Assembly: GCA_965261395.1 (NCBI GenBank)
Contig: OZ253462.1
Span: 3,744,001-3,808,000, forward strand
Reading direction: 5' to 3'
Length of the DNA stretch: 64,000 bases
Source: Candidatus Latescibacterota bacterium
Lineage (GTDB): Bacteria; Latescibacterota; UBA2968; UBA8231
Under the pieces are notes generated by a model that made no database searches, was not told the DNA's origin, and was given only the letters and a program-made list of their open reading frames with translations. Position numbers and translations under genes: made by a program. Below are positions 1 through 9,814 of the stretch, piece after piece; within the stretch, counting starts at the first letter, position 1; each line of letters starts with the position of its first letter.

Positions 1-1679
1 AGACCCCGAGCGCGCTGGTCGCCGACCTGCTGGGTGACTCCGTTGTCGTCGGGGATGGCGATGTGCTCTTTGGCGAGGTTGAAGACGGCGAAGTTGGCGT
101 TGAGCTTGCCGTCGAGCAGCGCGGCTTTGGCCCCGATTTCGTATTGGGTGCTTTCCTCGGCGTCGCGGTCGCCGACGACTTGCGAGGAAGGCGGGGCAAA
201 GGCGCGGCTCGTATTGGCGTAGAGCGAAAGGGTCTGGGTGGGGGCGAAGATCGCGCCGAGCAGCGGGCTTAGCTGCCGGTAATCGCGCTTGGTGGCGGTG
301 AGGTCGTCCTCGTAGTCGATTCGGTCGAAGCGGCCCCCGAGCAGGAGCTCGAAGTGGGGGCTGACGATGATGCGGTCGACAAAGTAGGGTGCCAGTGTTT
401 GCGCGGCGGCTTGGGCGGCGGTCGCTTGGTCGAGGAGGGGGACCACGAGGGAATCGGTCCCGGCTTCCGCTGGCATGAAGGGGGCCAGACTCGGCGGCAA
501 TGTCGCGTCGAGGGTGAACAGATCGACGAACGAGAGCAGCGCCACGTCCAAGGTGAAGTCGTCGGTGAGGTTGGCGATCTCGACGCCAAAGAGGAGCTGG
601 TGCTCGATACCGCTGGTTTGCAACTCCAGCAGGCCTTCGAGTTGGTTGCCGACGATCCGCTGTTGGTCGTCGAGGTCGAGCAACGTGCGGGCGAGGTCCA
701 GCGAACCGGCTGCGTTGGGGAAGGCCCCGTTGAAGAGGGTGCCCTGCGAGGGCCAGTCGAGGCTGGTGTAGTAGAGTTTGTCGCGCAAAGTGAAATTAGG
801 CGTTAGATGCCATTCATAATTGGCGCGAAAGCGCAGGATGGTCTGTTCGGAAAGGTCGAAAGGCGACTGGTAGGAACGGGTGCGCGGCACATCGGGCAGC
901 GCGCCGCCGACGATGGGCAGCCCCGAGTCGGACTGATGTTCGCTCGTCAAATACTCAAAGTCGAGGTGCAGCGTCGAGCGCTCACCGAGGTTCAGCCGCA
1001 GCGTTGGGTTTACGGCGAGGATCGAGCTGGTCTTGTCGTCGCGGTAGCCTTCCGCTTCCTGCCATAGGGCGTTGAGACGCAGGGCGTGGCCTTGGTCGGA
1101 TAGGGCGCGGCTAGCGTCGAGGGTGGCGCGGTAGGTGGAGAAGCTCCCTAAGGAGGCGTTGATGCGGGCGAAGTCGCTCGCCGGGTCTGGCCGTTTGCGG
1201 ACGAGGTTGATGGTGCCCGACAGCGGGTTGCCGCCGTAGAGAAAGGCACCGGGGCCTTTGAGAGCTTCGACGCGGTCCACATTGTAGAGCTGGTAGAAGG
1301 TCGCTTCGGGTTCAGGGACCCCGTCGGAGAGCACCAAGCCGTTGGCGAGCGAGTCGAAGCCGCGCAGGTAGAACATATCGTGGACGCCGAAATTGGTGTG
1401 GACGCCGACGCCACTGACATTGGCTAACGCGTCGCTGAGGGTCGCGCCGTCCTGCGTTTCGATCAGGGCTTGGGGGACGATCCCGACGCTTAAGGGGGTC
1501 TTGCGCAGGGGCAGTGGCATTTTGGTGGCGATGGCGTTGGCGCGGGGGATGGCTAGGCGCGAGCCGGTGACGATGGTCTCGTCGACGACGTGGAGTGAGT
1601 CGTCGGCGCTCTGAGCGTGGACGAGGGAGGTCGTCAGCGATAAGGCAAAAACCAGCAGCATACCGTGCAGCTTTTTCAT
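1..1679 (-). CDS. TonB-dependent receptor (3' end outside window)
   Basis: Not in the ORF track. Manual translation from ATG 1679 gives MKKLHGMLLVFALSLTTSLVHAQ (signal), ETIVTG (TonB box) and plug motifs YLRGF and VDRVEALKGPGAFLYGGNPLSGTINLVRK. ATGA overlap with the upstream gene's stop. Confidence 0.9.
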   Translation of the reverse strand, partial: MKKLHGMLLVFALSLTTSLVHAQSADDSLHVVDETIVTGSRLAIPRANAIATKMPLPLRKTPLSVGIVPQALIETQDGATLSDALANVSGVGVHTNFGVHDMFYLRGFDSLANGLVLSDGVPEPEATFYQLYNVDRVEALKGPGAFLYGGNPLSGTINLVRKRPDPASDFARINASLGSFSTYRATLDASRALSDQGHALRLNALWQEAEGYRDDKTSSILAVNPTLRLNLGERSTLHLDFEYLTSEHQSDSGLPIVGGALPDVPRTRSYQSPFDLSEQTILRFRANYEWHLTPNFTLRDKLYYTSLDWPSQGTLFNGAFPNAAGSLDLARTLLDLDDQQRIVGNQLEGLLELQTSGIEHQLLFGVEIANLTDDFTLDVALLSFVDLFTLDATLPPSLAPFMPAEAGTDSLVVPLLDQATAAQAAAQTLAPYFVDRIIVSPHFELLLGGRFDRIDYEDDLTATKRDYRQLSPLLGAIFAPTQTLSLYANTSRAFAPPSSQVVGDRDAEESTQYEIGAKAALLDGKLNANFAVFNLAKEHIAIPDDNGVTQQVGDQRARG

Positions 1680-2920
1680 TGGGTCATCCCCGCTAGGTTT
1701 ATGCGGACGATTTCCTTGCCGTCGCGCAGGTAGAGCCCGCCGTCGGCGAGTGAGGGGATGGTCTCACATCTGCTGCGGCGGAAGACTAGGGCGTTGGCCT
1801 TTTCGACGAAGCCTTTGGGCGTGGCTTCAGCTATGCCGAGATTGCCGCGTTCGCCCAAGATGACGAGGTGGCCGTCGGCGACGATCAGGGTGCCTTTGCC
1901 GTAGCCCCGAGTCTTCCACTTCTCGTCACCGGTCTCGGCGTCGAGGCATTTGAGAATTGAGCCGTCAAAACCGTAGAGATGCCCTTGGTAGTGGATGGAG
2001 GTGGCGAAGTGGTTTTTCATTTCCTTATTGCGCCAGACCTCCGCCACCTCATAGCCCTTATCTGTGGCGGTGACCTCCACCACCGTGCCGCCCATGTCGT
2101 AACCGGAGGAGATAAAGAAGCGATTGGGCGGGATAAAAACCGGGGTGGCGGCATTGGCGTTGTGGCTAGTCAGCCAGAGATGTTTCCACAGCACCCGGCC
2201 GTGTTGCGGCGCGACCGCGATCAGTCCACCACCAGTAAAAAATACCGCTTGGCGCGTTTGGCCGATGGTGGCGATGATGGGAGAGGAATAGCCCCTCTCG
2301 TCGCTGCCAGCGGTCCAGGCGACCTCGCCGCTAGTTTTGTCAAAGGCCATCAGAGAATGGCCATTCTTACCGCCCGCTTCGATCAAGACGACGTCTCCTT
2401 CGACTAGCGGCGACGCTCCAAAGCTCCGACCGCGCCTGATGCTGTCGAATTCGCGCACTAGGTCGTGGCTCCATTTTTCGGTGCCGAACTGGCTGTCGAG
2501 CGCGTAGAGTATGCCATAGACGCTGAAGACATAGACCATCTTGCCGTCAACCGTGGGGGTGGAGCGCGGACCGTCGCCGCCCTGCCGTTCCGGGAGGTTG
2601 CCGTCGGTGCGGGTGCGCCACAGCACTTCGCCGTTGCGGGCGTCGAGGCAGACCGCGTATTCCGCTTGACTGTGGACGTACATCGTATAGATGCGATCTC
2701 CGACTACGGACAGACCGGAAAAGCCAGGCCCGGCAGGGACCCGCCAGGACTCTTTAAAAGACGGTTTGTCGCCGAACAGGCCCGTCTGCGGCGAGACTCC
2801 GTTGCGGTAGGGCCCGAGCCATTGCGGCCAGTCCGCCCATTGCCAGTGCGACCAATCTTGGGCTAAGGCTGGAAAGGCACACAAGGCGAGGACTAGGGAC
2901 GTACCCAATATCTTCTTCAT
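1676..2920 (-). CDS. Secreted PQQ-like beta-propeller protein (paralog 1)
   Basis: Signal peptide MKKILGTSLVLALCAFPALA, DWPQWLGP motif, repeated LDAxxG...W blades; start set by ATGA overlap. Confidence 0.85.
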   Translation of the reverse strand: MKKILGTSLVLALCAFPALAQDWSHWQWADWPQWLGPYRNGVSPQTGLFGDKPSFKESWRVPAGPGFSGLSVVGDRIYTMYVHSQAEYAVCLDARNGEVLWRTRTDGNLPERQGGDGPRSTPTVDGKMVYVFSVYGILYALDSQFGTEKWSHDLVREFDSIRRGRSFGASPLVEGDVVLIEAGGKNGHSLMAFDKTSGEVAWTAGSDERGYSSPIIATIGQTRQAVFFTGGGLIAVAPQHGRVLWKHLWLTSHNANAATPVFIPPNRFFISSGYDMGGTVVEVTATDKGYEVAEVWRNKEMKNHFATSIHYQGHLYGFDGSILKCLDAETGDEKWKTRGYGKGTLIVADGHLVILGERGNLGIAEATPKGFVEKANALVFRRSRCETIPSLADGGLYLRDGKEIVRINLAGMTQ

Positions 2921-4158
2921 TGGACCGACTCCCGCATGTCGAGGCAGACGATTTCGCTTTCGTCGCGGAGGTAGAGCCGGCCGTCTGCGAGTGAGGGGGC
3001 CGTCCAGCATTTGCTGGGGAAGACCTGGGTGTTGGACTTTTCGACGAAGCCGGCGGGTGAGGCTGCGGCTATGCCGAGATTGCCTTGTTCGCCTAAGATG
3101 ACGAGGTGGCCGTCGGCGAGGATCAGACTGCCCTTGCCGTAGCCCCGGGTCTTCCACTTTTCGGTGCCCGTCTCGGCGTCGAGGCATTTGAGGATCGAGC
3201 TGTCAAAGCCGTAGAGGTGCCCTTGGTAGTAGATGGAGGTGGCGAAGTGATTTTTCATTTCCTTATTGCGCCAGACCTCCGCTACCTCATAGCCGCCGTC
3301 TGTAAGGTTGACCTCTACCACGGAGCCGCCCGTGCCGTAGTCGGAGGAGATAAAGAAGCGGTTGGGCGGGATGAAAACCGGGGTAGCGATGTTGATCTCG
3401 TGGCTGGTCTTCCAGGGGTGTTTCCACAGCACCCGGCCGTGTTGCGGCGTGGCCGAGATCAGCCCGTAACCGGTGAAAAACACCGCTTGGCGCGTTTGGC
3501 CGATGGTGGTGGCGATGGGAGAGGAGTAGCCCGTCTTGTCGCTGCCGGTGGCCCAGGCGACCTTGCCACTGGTTTTGTCAAAGGCTATCAGCGACTGGCC
3601 ATCCTTACCACCGGCTTCGATTAGGACGAGGTCCCCTTCGACCAGCGGCGACGCGCAAAAACCCCAGTTGGGCCTCTCGCTACCGAATTCGCTGACTAGG
3701 TCGTGGCTCCATTTTTGGGTGCCGGTCTGGCTGTCGAGGGCGTGGAGTTTGCCATAGGCGCTGAAGACATAGACCGTCTCACCGTCAACGGTTGGGGTGG
3801 CGCGCGGACCGTCGCCGCCCTGCCGTTCGACGAGATTGTCGTCGGTGCGGGTGCGCCACAGCACTTCGCCATTGCCGGCGTCGAGGCAGACCGCGTATTC
3901 CTCCTCGCTGTGAATGTACATCGTATAGATGCGCTCGCCGACGATGGACAGGCCGGAAAAGCCCTTCCCGCCTTGAACGCGCCAGGCCTCTTTAAAAGAC
4001 AGCTCGTCGCCGAACAAACCCGTCTCTGGCGAGATGCCATTGCGGTCGGGGCCGAGCCATTGCGGCCAGCCCGTTGATTGCCAGTTCGACGAATCTTGGG
4101 CTAAGGCTGGAAAGGCGCATAAGGCGAGGGCTAGGGACGTTCCCAATATCTTTTTCAT
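2917..4158 (-). CDS. Secreted PQQ-like beta-propeller protein (paralog 2)
   Basis: Near-identical to paralog 1 over most of its length; WPQWLGP motif; ATGA overlaps at both ends. Confidence 0.85.
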   Translation of the reverse strand: MKKILGTSLALALCAFPALAQDSSNWQSTGWPQWLGPDRNGISPETGLFGDELSFKEAWRVQGGKGFSGLSIVGERIYTMYIHSEEEYAVCLDAGNGEVLWRTRTDDNLVERQGGDGPRATPTVDGETVYVFSAYGKLHALDSQTGTQKWSHDLVSEFGSERPNWGFCASPLVEGDLVLIEAGGKDGQSLIAFDKTSGKVAWATGSDKTGYSSPIATTIGQTRQAVFFTGYGLISATPQHGRVLWKHPWKTSHEINIATPVFIPPNRFFISSDYGTGGSVVEVNLTDGGYEVAEVWRNKEMKNHFATSIYYQGHLYGFDSSILKCLDAETGTEKWKTRGYGKGSLILADGHLVILGEQGNLGIAAASPAGFVEKSNTQVFPSKCWTAPSLADGRLYLRDESEIVCLDMRESVQ

Positions 4159-5408
4159 TGGACTGACTCCCGCATGTTGAGGCAGACGATTTCGCTTTCG
4201 TCGCGGATGTAGAGCCGGCCGTCGGCCAGCGAAGGGACCGTCCAGCAACGGCTATTGAGGATTTGGGCCTTGCTCTTTTCGCGGAAGGCTGCTGGCGTGG
4301 CCTCGACCAGGCCGAGCTGGCCTTCTTCGCCGAGGACGATGAGCTGGCCATCGGCGACGATCAGGGTGCCCTTGTTGTAGCCCCGGGTCTTCCACTTTTC
4401 CGCGCCGGTCTCGGCGTCGAGGCACTTGAGGATCGAGTCGTCAAAGCCGTAGAGATGGTTCTCGTAGAGGACCGAGGTGCCGAAGTGGTTTTTCATCTTT
4501 TTGTTTTGCCAGACCTGCTCGATGGCGAGGCTGTCGCCGTCGCTCTTGATTTGCAAGACCGCGCCGCCGTTGCCGTCGCTGGTGGAGATAAAAAGCCGGT
4601 CGGGCGCGATGAAAACTGGGGTCGCCGCACTGACGTCGTAGCGGGTCTTCCAGGGGTAGCTCCAGTAAATGCGGCCGTCTTCCGGCGCTAGGCCGGTAAG
4701 CGAATAGGCCGTTAAATAGGCGAGTTGGCGGGTGCCAGCGGCGGTGAAGGCAATGGGCGATGAATAGCTCATCTTTTCGCTGAGGGCGGTCCAAGTGGTT
4801 GCGCCGGTGTTCTTGTCGAGGGCTACGGCGGTGACCGCGGTTGTGCGGTCGATGGCCATGTCGACGACGAAGTTGCCGTTGTGGCCGCCGGCTTCAACTA
4901 GGAGCAGGTCGCCCTCGATTAATGGGGAGGTACTAAACCCCCACCTAGGCACTTCGCTGCTAAATTCGGCGACCAAGTCCTTTTCCCAGATCGGCGTACC
5001 GCTCGCGGCTGCGAGTGCGAAGAGCTTGCCGGTGGCACCGAGTACATAGACGGTCTCGCCATCCACGGTGGGCGTCGAGCGCGGGCCGTCGCCGCCTTGG
5101 GTCTCCTTGTAGTAAGGGCCGGTGCGGTGACGCCAGCGTTCTGCGCCGGTCTCGGCGTCGAGGCAGATGGCGAACTCGTCGTCGCCTTGGGCGAACATGG
5201 TGAAGACCCGGCCGTTGGCGATGGAGATGCCGGAGAAGCCATTGCCGAGGGGAGTGCGCCACTGAACGGCGGGACCGTCGGCCGGCCAGCTTTGCAGTAG
5301 GTCCGTTTCGCTGGAGATGCCGTCGCGCTGGGGGCCGCGCCATTGGGGCCAGTCGGCCGCCTGCGCAGCGGCGGTCAAGAGCAGCAGAAGTGAAATTGCG
5401 GTTTTCAA
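4155..5408 (-). CDS. Secreted PQQ-like beta-propeller protein (paralog 3)
   Basis: Signal peptide, DWPQWRGPQRDG motif, propeller blades; TTG start after AGGAGG. Confidence 0.85.
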   Translation of the reverse strand: MKTAISLLLLLTAAAQAADWPQWRGPQRDGISSETDLLQSWPADGPAVQWRTPLGNGFSGISIANGRVFTMFAQGDDEFAICLDAETGAERWRHRTGPYYKETQGGDGPRSTPTVDGETVYVLGATGKLFALAAASGTPIWEKDLVAEFSSEVPRWGFSTSPLIEGDLLLVEAGGHNGNFVVDMAIDRTTAVTAVALDKNTGATTWTALSEKMSYSSPIAFTAAGTRQLAYLTAYSLTGLAPEDGRIYWSYPWKTRYDVSAATPVFIAPDRLFISTSDGNGGAVLQIKSDGDSLAIEQVWQNKKMKNHFGTSVLYENHLYGFDDSILKCLDAETGAEKWKTRGYNKGTLIVADGQLIVLGEEGQLGLVEATPAAFREKSKAQILNSRCWTVPSLADGRLYIRDESEIVCLNMRESVQ

Positions 5409-5421
5409 ATGTGCCTCCTAC

Positions 5422-6759
5422 TTAGGTATAGCGTGCGTTGCGGTATTGGGTTTGGTAAAAGTCGGGTAATAGCTGATCAACGCGCATGAGGCCCTCGTCG
5501 GTCAAGGTGACTGAGTCTGTGTCGAAATGGAGCATGCCTTCGTCGCGGAGGCCGCTGAGTGCAGCGGCGAAGTGGGCGACGATATCGACTCCGAATTTGG
5601 CGCGAAAATACGCAGTGTCGAGCGCGCCTAGTTTGAGCTGTAGGATCACCTCGCGGGTGAGCTGCTCTTCGCGGTCGGCGGCGAAGGCCCGGTGGATGGG
5701 GAGGTCGCCGCGGTCGATGGCGGCGAGGTAGTCGTCCCACTGTGGCGCGTTCTGATAGTGGACGCCGCTTAGATGCGAGAAGGAGGCGACGCCAGTGCCG
5801 ATCATGTCTTGGCCGGTCCACACGGCGTCGCGGTACACGAAGCGGGCGTCGGGCGTTTTCTTCATCGTATAGGCGCTCGAACGCACGTATCCAGCGGCGG
5901 CCAATTGCTCGAAGGCATAGGCGTGCCAGGCGCGCTTGGTTTTCCAGTCGGCCAAGGCCAGCGGCGCGCCGTCGCCAGCGAGCAGATCCTTGGAATAGAC
6001 CGTGTTGTAGGGCAGCTCCATCTGATAGACGGTGACGCTGTCGGGGTCGAACTCAATGGTCTTTTGCACGGTCTGACGCCAGCTCGGCCAGGTCTCGCCG
6101 ACCATGCCGGCGATCAGATCGACGTTGACCTGATCGAAGTCGAGCGCGTGGATCCAAGGCATGACTTGGTAGATTTCCTTGCTGACGTGGGCGCGGCCGT
6201 TGTGGCGCAGAATCTCGTCGTCGAGGTTTTCTATGCCTAGGCTGAGGCGAGTGACGCCGATGTCGCGGATGGCTTCTAATTTGGCTTGGGTTAGGGTGCC
6301 AGGCTCGCACTCAAAGGCGATTTCGTCGGCACGGTCCCAAGGCAGGGCGTCTTTGAGGCGCTGGACTAAGGAGCGCAGGTGGCGCGAGCTGATGTAGGAG
6401 GGGGTGCCGCCGCCGAAGTAGATAAAGTGCAGTGGTCGGTCTTGGACCGCTGGCTGTTGCGCGTAGTGTTCCACCTCGCGGGCGAGGGCGTCGAGATAGG
6501 TTTGGATCTGCTGGCTGTTTTTATCCGTGTAAACGCGGAAGTAACAGAACTTGCAGCGTTTGCGGCAGAAGGGGATGTGGAGGTAGAGGCCGAGCTTGGC
6601 GTCGGCGCGCGGCGAGTCGGCGAGTGCGCTATGCGCCTGCGGGATGTCTTCCTCACTCCAAAACGAATAGGCTGGATAATTGGAGACAAAGACGCTGCCG
6701 ACCTCGGTTTCGGTGCGGTCGGCGCGGGTGGTTGCTGGGTCGCTGCCGAGTGGACTCAT
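5422..6759 (-). CDS. HemN-like (class C) radical SAM enzyme
   Basis: LYLHIPFCRKRCKFC (CxxxCxxC), YFGGGTPS, HemN-type C-terminal region. Start inferred at MSPLGS. Confidence 0.88.
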   Translation of the reverse strand: MSPLGSDPATTRADRTETEVGSVFVSNYPAYSFWSEEDIPQAHSALADSPRADAKLGLYLHIPFCRKRCKFCYFRVYTDKNSQQIQTYLDALAREVEHYAQQPAVQDRPLHFIYFGGGTPSYISSRHLRSLVQRLKDALPWDRADEIAFECEPGTLTQAKLEAIRDIGVTRLSLGIENLDDEILRHNGRAHVSKEIYQVMPWIHALDFDQVNVDLIAGMVGETWPSWRQTVQKTIEFDPDSVTVYQMELPYNTVYSKDLLAGDGAPLALADWKTKRAWHAYAFEQLAAAGYVRSSAYTMKKTPDARFVYRDAVWTGQDMIGTGVASFSHLSGVHYQNAPQWDDYLAAIDRGDLPIHRAFAADREEQLTREVILQLKLGALDTAYFRAKFGVDIVAHFAAALSGLRDEGMLHFDTDSVTLTDEGLMRVDQLLPDFYQTQYRNARYT

Positions 6760-6793
6760 GGGTTGTGACCTTTGGGTCGAAATGTTAGGTGCA

Positions 6794-7882
6794 TCATGGT
6801 TTAACTTCTTTCCCGAAACAATACAGCATGCCGTCGGTGGCACCGATGACGAGCCGGTCGGCGGCGATGGCCGGCGAAGCCGCGATGGCCGCGCCTGTTT
6901 CAAAGCGCCAGACTTCGGCACCCGATGCGAGCGCGAGGGCGATGAGCGCACGGGCACCTACGTATATGTACTCGCCGGCGATGACCGGTGATGAATCCAC
7001 CCGCGCTCCTGCGGCAAAAGTCCACAAGGGTTGGCCGGTTTGCGGATCGAGGGCGTGTACGAGCTTGTCCCGACCGCCGATGACGACTGCTTGGTCGGTG
7101 ACGGCTGGCGACGAGTAAAACGGGAATTTTCGCACCGCGTGGGCGTAGCGCCAGCGGATTTCTCCTGTGTCTAAATCGACGCCTAGTACTTCGTTGCCAA
7201 AGGTGCCTAGGTACGCGCGGCCCGCGTGGATGGCGGCGCTGGAGGCTATGTAGCCGCCTAGTGCGAGTTGCTGGTGCTGCGTGCCGTCGGCGTGATCCAA
7301 GAGCCGCAAGTATCCGTCGCAACCGGCCACGGCGACGCGATTTTCGTACAGCGCCGGCGTACTGTGAATATATCCCTCTGTGGCGATTTTCCAAATCAGG
7401 GTCCCGGTGGTTGCGTCGAGGCAATACAGGTGCTGGTCATAGCTGCCGAAGTAGAGGCGGCCGTCGGTGTGGTTGGCCGAGGAGATGATGCCGGCGTCGG
7501 CAGCGAAAGTCCAGCGGCGCTGACCGCTCTGGGTGGCGACGGCGTGGAAGGTGCCGGCTTCGTCGCCGAAGTACACGGTGCTGTCGGCGACGGTGGGGGA
7601 GGACTTGATTTCGCCGCCGGCCTGGTACTGCCATACTAGCGCGCCGGTGTGCAAGTCGAGTGCGTAGAGTTGGCCGTCGAGCGAGCCGACGTACACCGTG
7701 CCCTCGTGAATGGCGGCGGTGGATTCGATGGCGTCCTCGGTGGAGTAGGCCCAAAGTAGCGTCAGGGGTGGAGCGAGATTGGAGGTGGCGACGCCGGTGA
7801 GTTGGGGATTGCCGCGGAAGGCGTTCCAGGTGTCGGCGGCGGCGGCGGATACTAGGAGGAGGGCTAGGAAGTAGAGTGGCAT
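6794..7882 (-). CDS. Secreted PQQ-like/BamB-like beta-propeller protein
   Basis: Signal peptide, WNAFRGN motif, regular SSP...VYxGSxDG.LYALD...G...W repeats. Confidence 0.85.
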   Translation of the reverse strand: MPLYFLALLLVSAAAADTWNAFRGNPQLTGVATSNLAPPLTLLWAYSTEDAIESTAAIHEGTVYVGSLDGQLYALDLHTGALVWQYQAGGEIKSSPTVADSTVYFGDEAGTFHAVATQSGQRRWTFAADAGIISSANHTDGRLYFGSYDQHLYCLDATTGTLIWKIATEGYIHSTPALYENRVAVAGCDGYLRLLDHADGTQHQQLALGGYIASSAAIHAGRAYLGTFGNEVLGVDLDTGEIRWRYAHAVRKFPFYSSPAVTDQAVVIGGRDKLVHALDPQTGQPLWTFAAGARVDSSPVIAGEYIYVGARALIALALASGAEVWRFETGAAIAASPAIAADRLVIGATDGMLYCFGKEVKP

Positions 7883-8015
7883 ATTTTGTTGGTTGAGGGG
7901 TTATGGACGAATTTAAATAAAAGAAGGTAGGAAAATTTTGCTAATTTGGTGGAAGACACCAGCCTTGACCGAGTGTGTTGTAAATATGTGTATATAGACG
8001 TGGATAGAGACTGCA

Positions 8016-9056
8016 ATGTCGGATAAGGGAGGCCCAGTGCTGGCGATTCTCCGGCCCATAGCCCAGATAATCGAATATTACCCTCGGGGTGGCCATATCA
8101 GCGTGGGCACCGTGGCACTTGCGTTCCAGGCTGCCGAGCAGGCACGATCTGGGTTTTCCCACCTGTTCCGCAATCTTGGGCTGTTCTACGAGCATACGAT
8201 CTTCGCCGGGATTCTCTTCCGGTTCCTCGACCTCGACCCCCGCTCAGTTGAAGGGGCACTGGCACCGCCCCCCGCGTCGCCTGTACCAGTCCCCGACCGT
8301 CTAACCCAAGGCATTGAGTTTCGCAACGTCTCCTTCCGCTATCCAGGCTCCGACAAGTATGTGTTAAAGAACGTCTCTTTTACGATCAGGGTGCGCGAAT
8401 CGGTAGCCGTTGTCGGGGAGAACGGAGCGGGTAAGACGACCGTCGTCAAGCTTTTGGCACGGTTCTACGACCCCACGGAAGGCGCTATTTATTTGGAGGG
8501 ACGAGATCTTCGGGAATACGATCTGGCCGATCTACGTCGCCAAATTGGGGTGATTTTCCAGGATTTTGTTCGCTATGATCTCTCAGCCAAGGAGAACGTC
8601 GGCTTTGGTCAAGTGGACCTGTTGGGCGATGCGGACCGGATTGAACGCGCGGCATATGAGGGCGGTGCCTCGGACCTCATCAAGGGCCTGCCGAAGGGAT
8701 ACGACACAATCCTGGGAAAGGAATTCGACGGGGGTGTTGATCTGTCTGGGGGAGAGTGGCAGAAGATCGCGCTGAGTCGCGCGTTCATGTAAGAAGCTGA
8801 GGTCCTCATCTTGGACGAGCCCACAGCCGCCCTCGATGCGTTCGCTGAACGCGATGTTTTCTCGCGCTTCGCCGAACTCACGTCAGACCGCACGGCTATC
8901 TTCATCTCCCACCGGTTCTCCACCGTGCGCATGGCTGATCACATCCTCGTTCTACAGCAGGGAGGGCTTGTCGAGCAGGGGAGTCATGAGCAACTCTTGG
9001 CCCAGAACGACAGGTACGCGCAGATGTTCAATACGCAAGCGAAGCAGTATCGGTAG
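8016..9056 (+). pseudogene. ABC transporter ATP-binding fragment, 5'-truncated with internal stop
   Basis: Walker A GENGAGKTT and signature LSGGEWQK. In-frame TAA at 8790-8792 in ALSRAFM*EAEVLILDEPT. Most of the membrane domain is missing. Confidence 0.85.
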
Positions 9057-9079
9057 GGGCGACCTCTCACAAGTATCGT

Positions 9080-9266
9080 ATGGAAGCAGAAATGTTTGAT
9101 CAGATACAAAGTTTGCTTTACGACGACACTCCGCTAACATACGATGAAGTGCGAAACCTGCTCGTCAGAGCGGGTATACGTGCCGGATGGAACGATGCGG
9201 AGATGGACATTTACAATGAACTTGATCCACGGAGAGACCATGAAGGTCCGACGGGATAGCAGATAG
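9080..9266 (+). pseudogene. Antitoxin-like ORF (59 aa, 9080-9259) followed by a stub of a probable MazF/PemK toxin (MKVRRDSR*, 9240-9266)
   Basis: Manual translation ...AGWNDAEMDIYNELDP resembles small proteins that precede PemK toxins; the overlapping start MKVRR stops after 8 codons. Confidence 0.45.
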
Positions 9267-9281
9267 AAGACCGTATCTAGG

Positions 9282-9521
9282 TCATTCCTGTCTGTAAGCC
9301 TCCAGAAAATCAGCTCTGGGAATGCCCGATTGGGTGCAGATTCGGCGCAACGTTGCGACTTTGATACGACGATGGTTGGGCATAGTCAACGGAGTTTGGC
9401 TTCCATCAGAATTTTCCCGCACCATTGAAATATGATTTCCTTCGCGAACCACGCGGAAGCCCAATTTTTCTAATGTTCTGATTACATTGGTTTTGGGCGC
9501 ATCTACAGGAAAACGGTCCAC
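9282..9521 (-). CDS. hicA: HicA-family mRNA interferase toxin
   Basis: LEKLGF..VREGNHISM...LTMPNH..IKVATLRRI pattern, 79 aa. Confidence 0.85.
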   Translation of the reverse strand: MDRFPVDAPKTNVIRTLEKLGFRVVREGNHISMVRENSDGSQTPLTMPNHRRIKVATLRRICTQSGIPRADFLEAYRQE

Positions 9522-9742
9522 TAGACCGCACTCGATTCTGAGATGAATACATCCAAGAGGGCGTCTTCCACCTCAAGCACTTCAGGCCCAAATGTCTCAA
9601 TGTGAAACTTAATGGCAGAGTTCATGTCAGCGACAGCTTGTTCATAGGTATCACCTTCACCTACGACAACGCCTTTTATACCGAGTGGATAGGCTACATA
9701 ACCATCCGCGTACTTTTCTACGATAATTTTAAAAGATTGCAT
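9521..9742 (-). CDS. hicB: HicB-family antitoxin
   Basis: YVAYP.GIKG...GEGDTYEQA motif; coupled to hicA. Confidence 0.85.
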   Translation of the reverse strand: MQSFKIIVEKYADGYVAYPLGIKGVVVGEGDTYEQAVADMNSAIKFHIETFGPEVLEVEDALLDVFISESSAV

Positions 9743-9771
9743 TTGAATGGTTCCCCTGCTTTTTGAGTTTT

Positions 9772-9799
9772 ATAATAAAAATCCTCTAGGCATTGTCAA
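9772..9799 (-). promoter_or_regulatory. Sigma70-like promoter of hicBA
   Basis: Minus strand TTGACA-N16-TATTAT about 30 bp upstream of the hicB start. Confidence 0.6.
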
Positions 9800-9814
9800 T
9801 TGGTCCCTCCCCCA

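Noticed and set aside
34-1614. Plus-strand ORFs at the window start
   Set aside because: They are antisense shadows of the minus-strand TonB receptor, which the ORF track missed because its stop lies outside the window.
5422-6759. Calling the radical SAM gene hemN/hemW for heme metabolism
   Set aside because: Family motifs do not establish function and no heme genes are adjacent.
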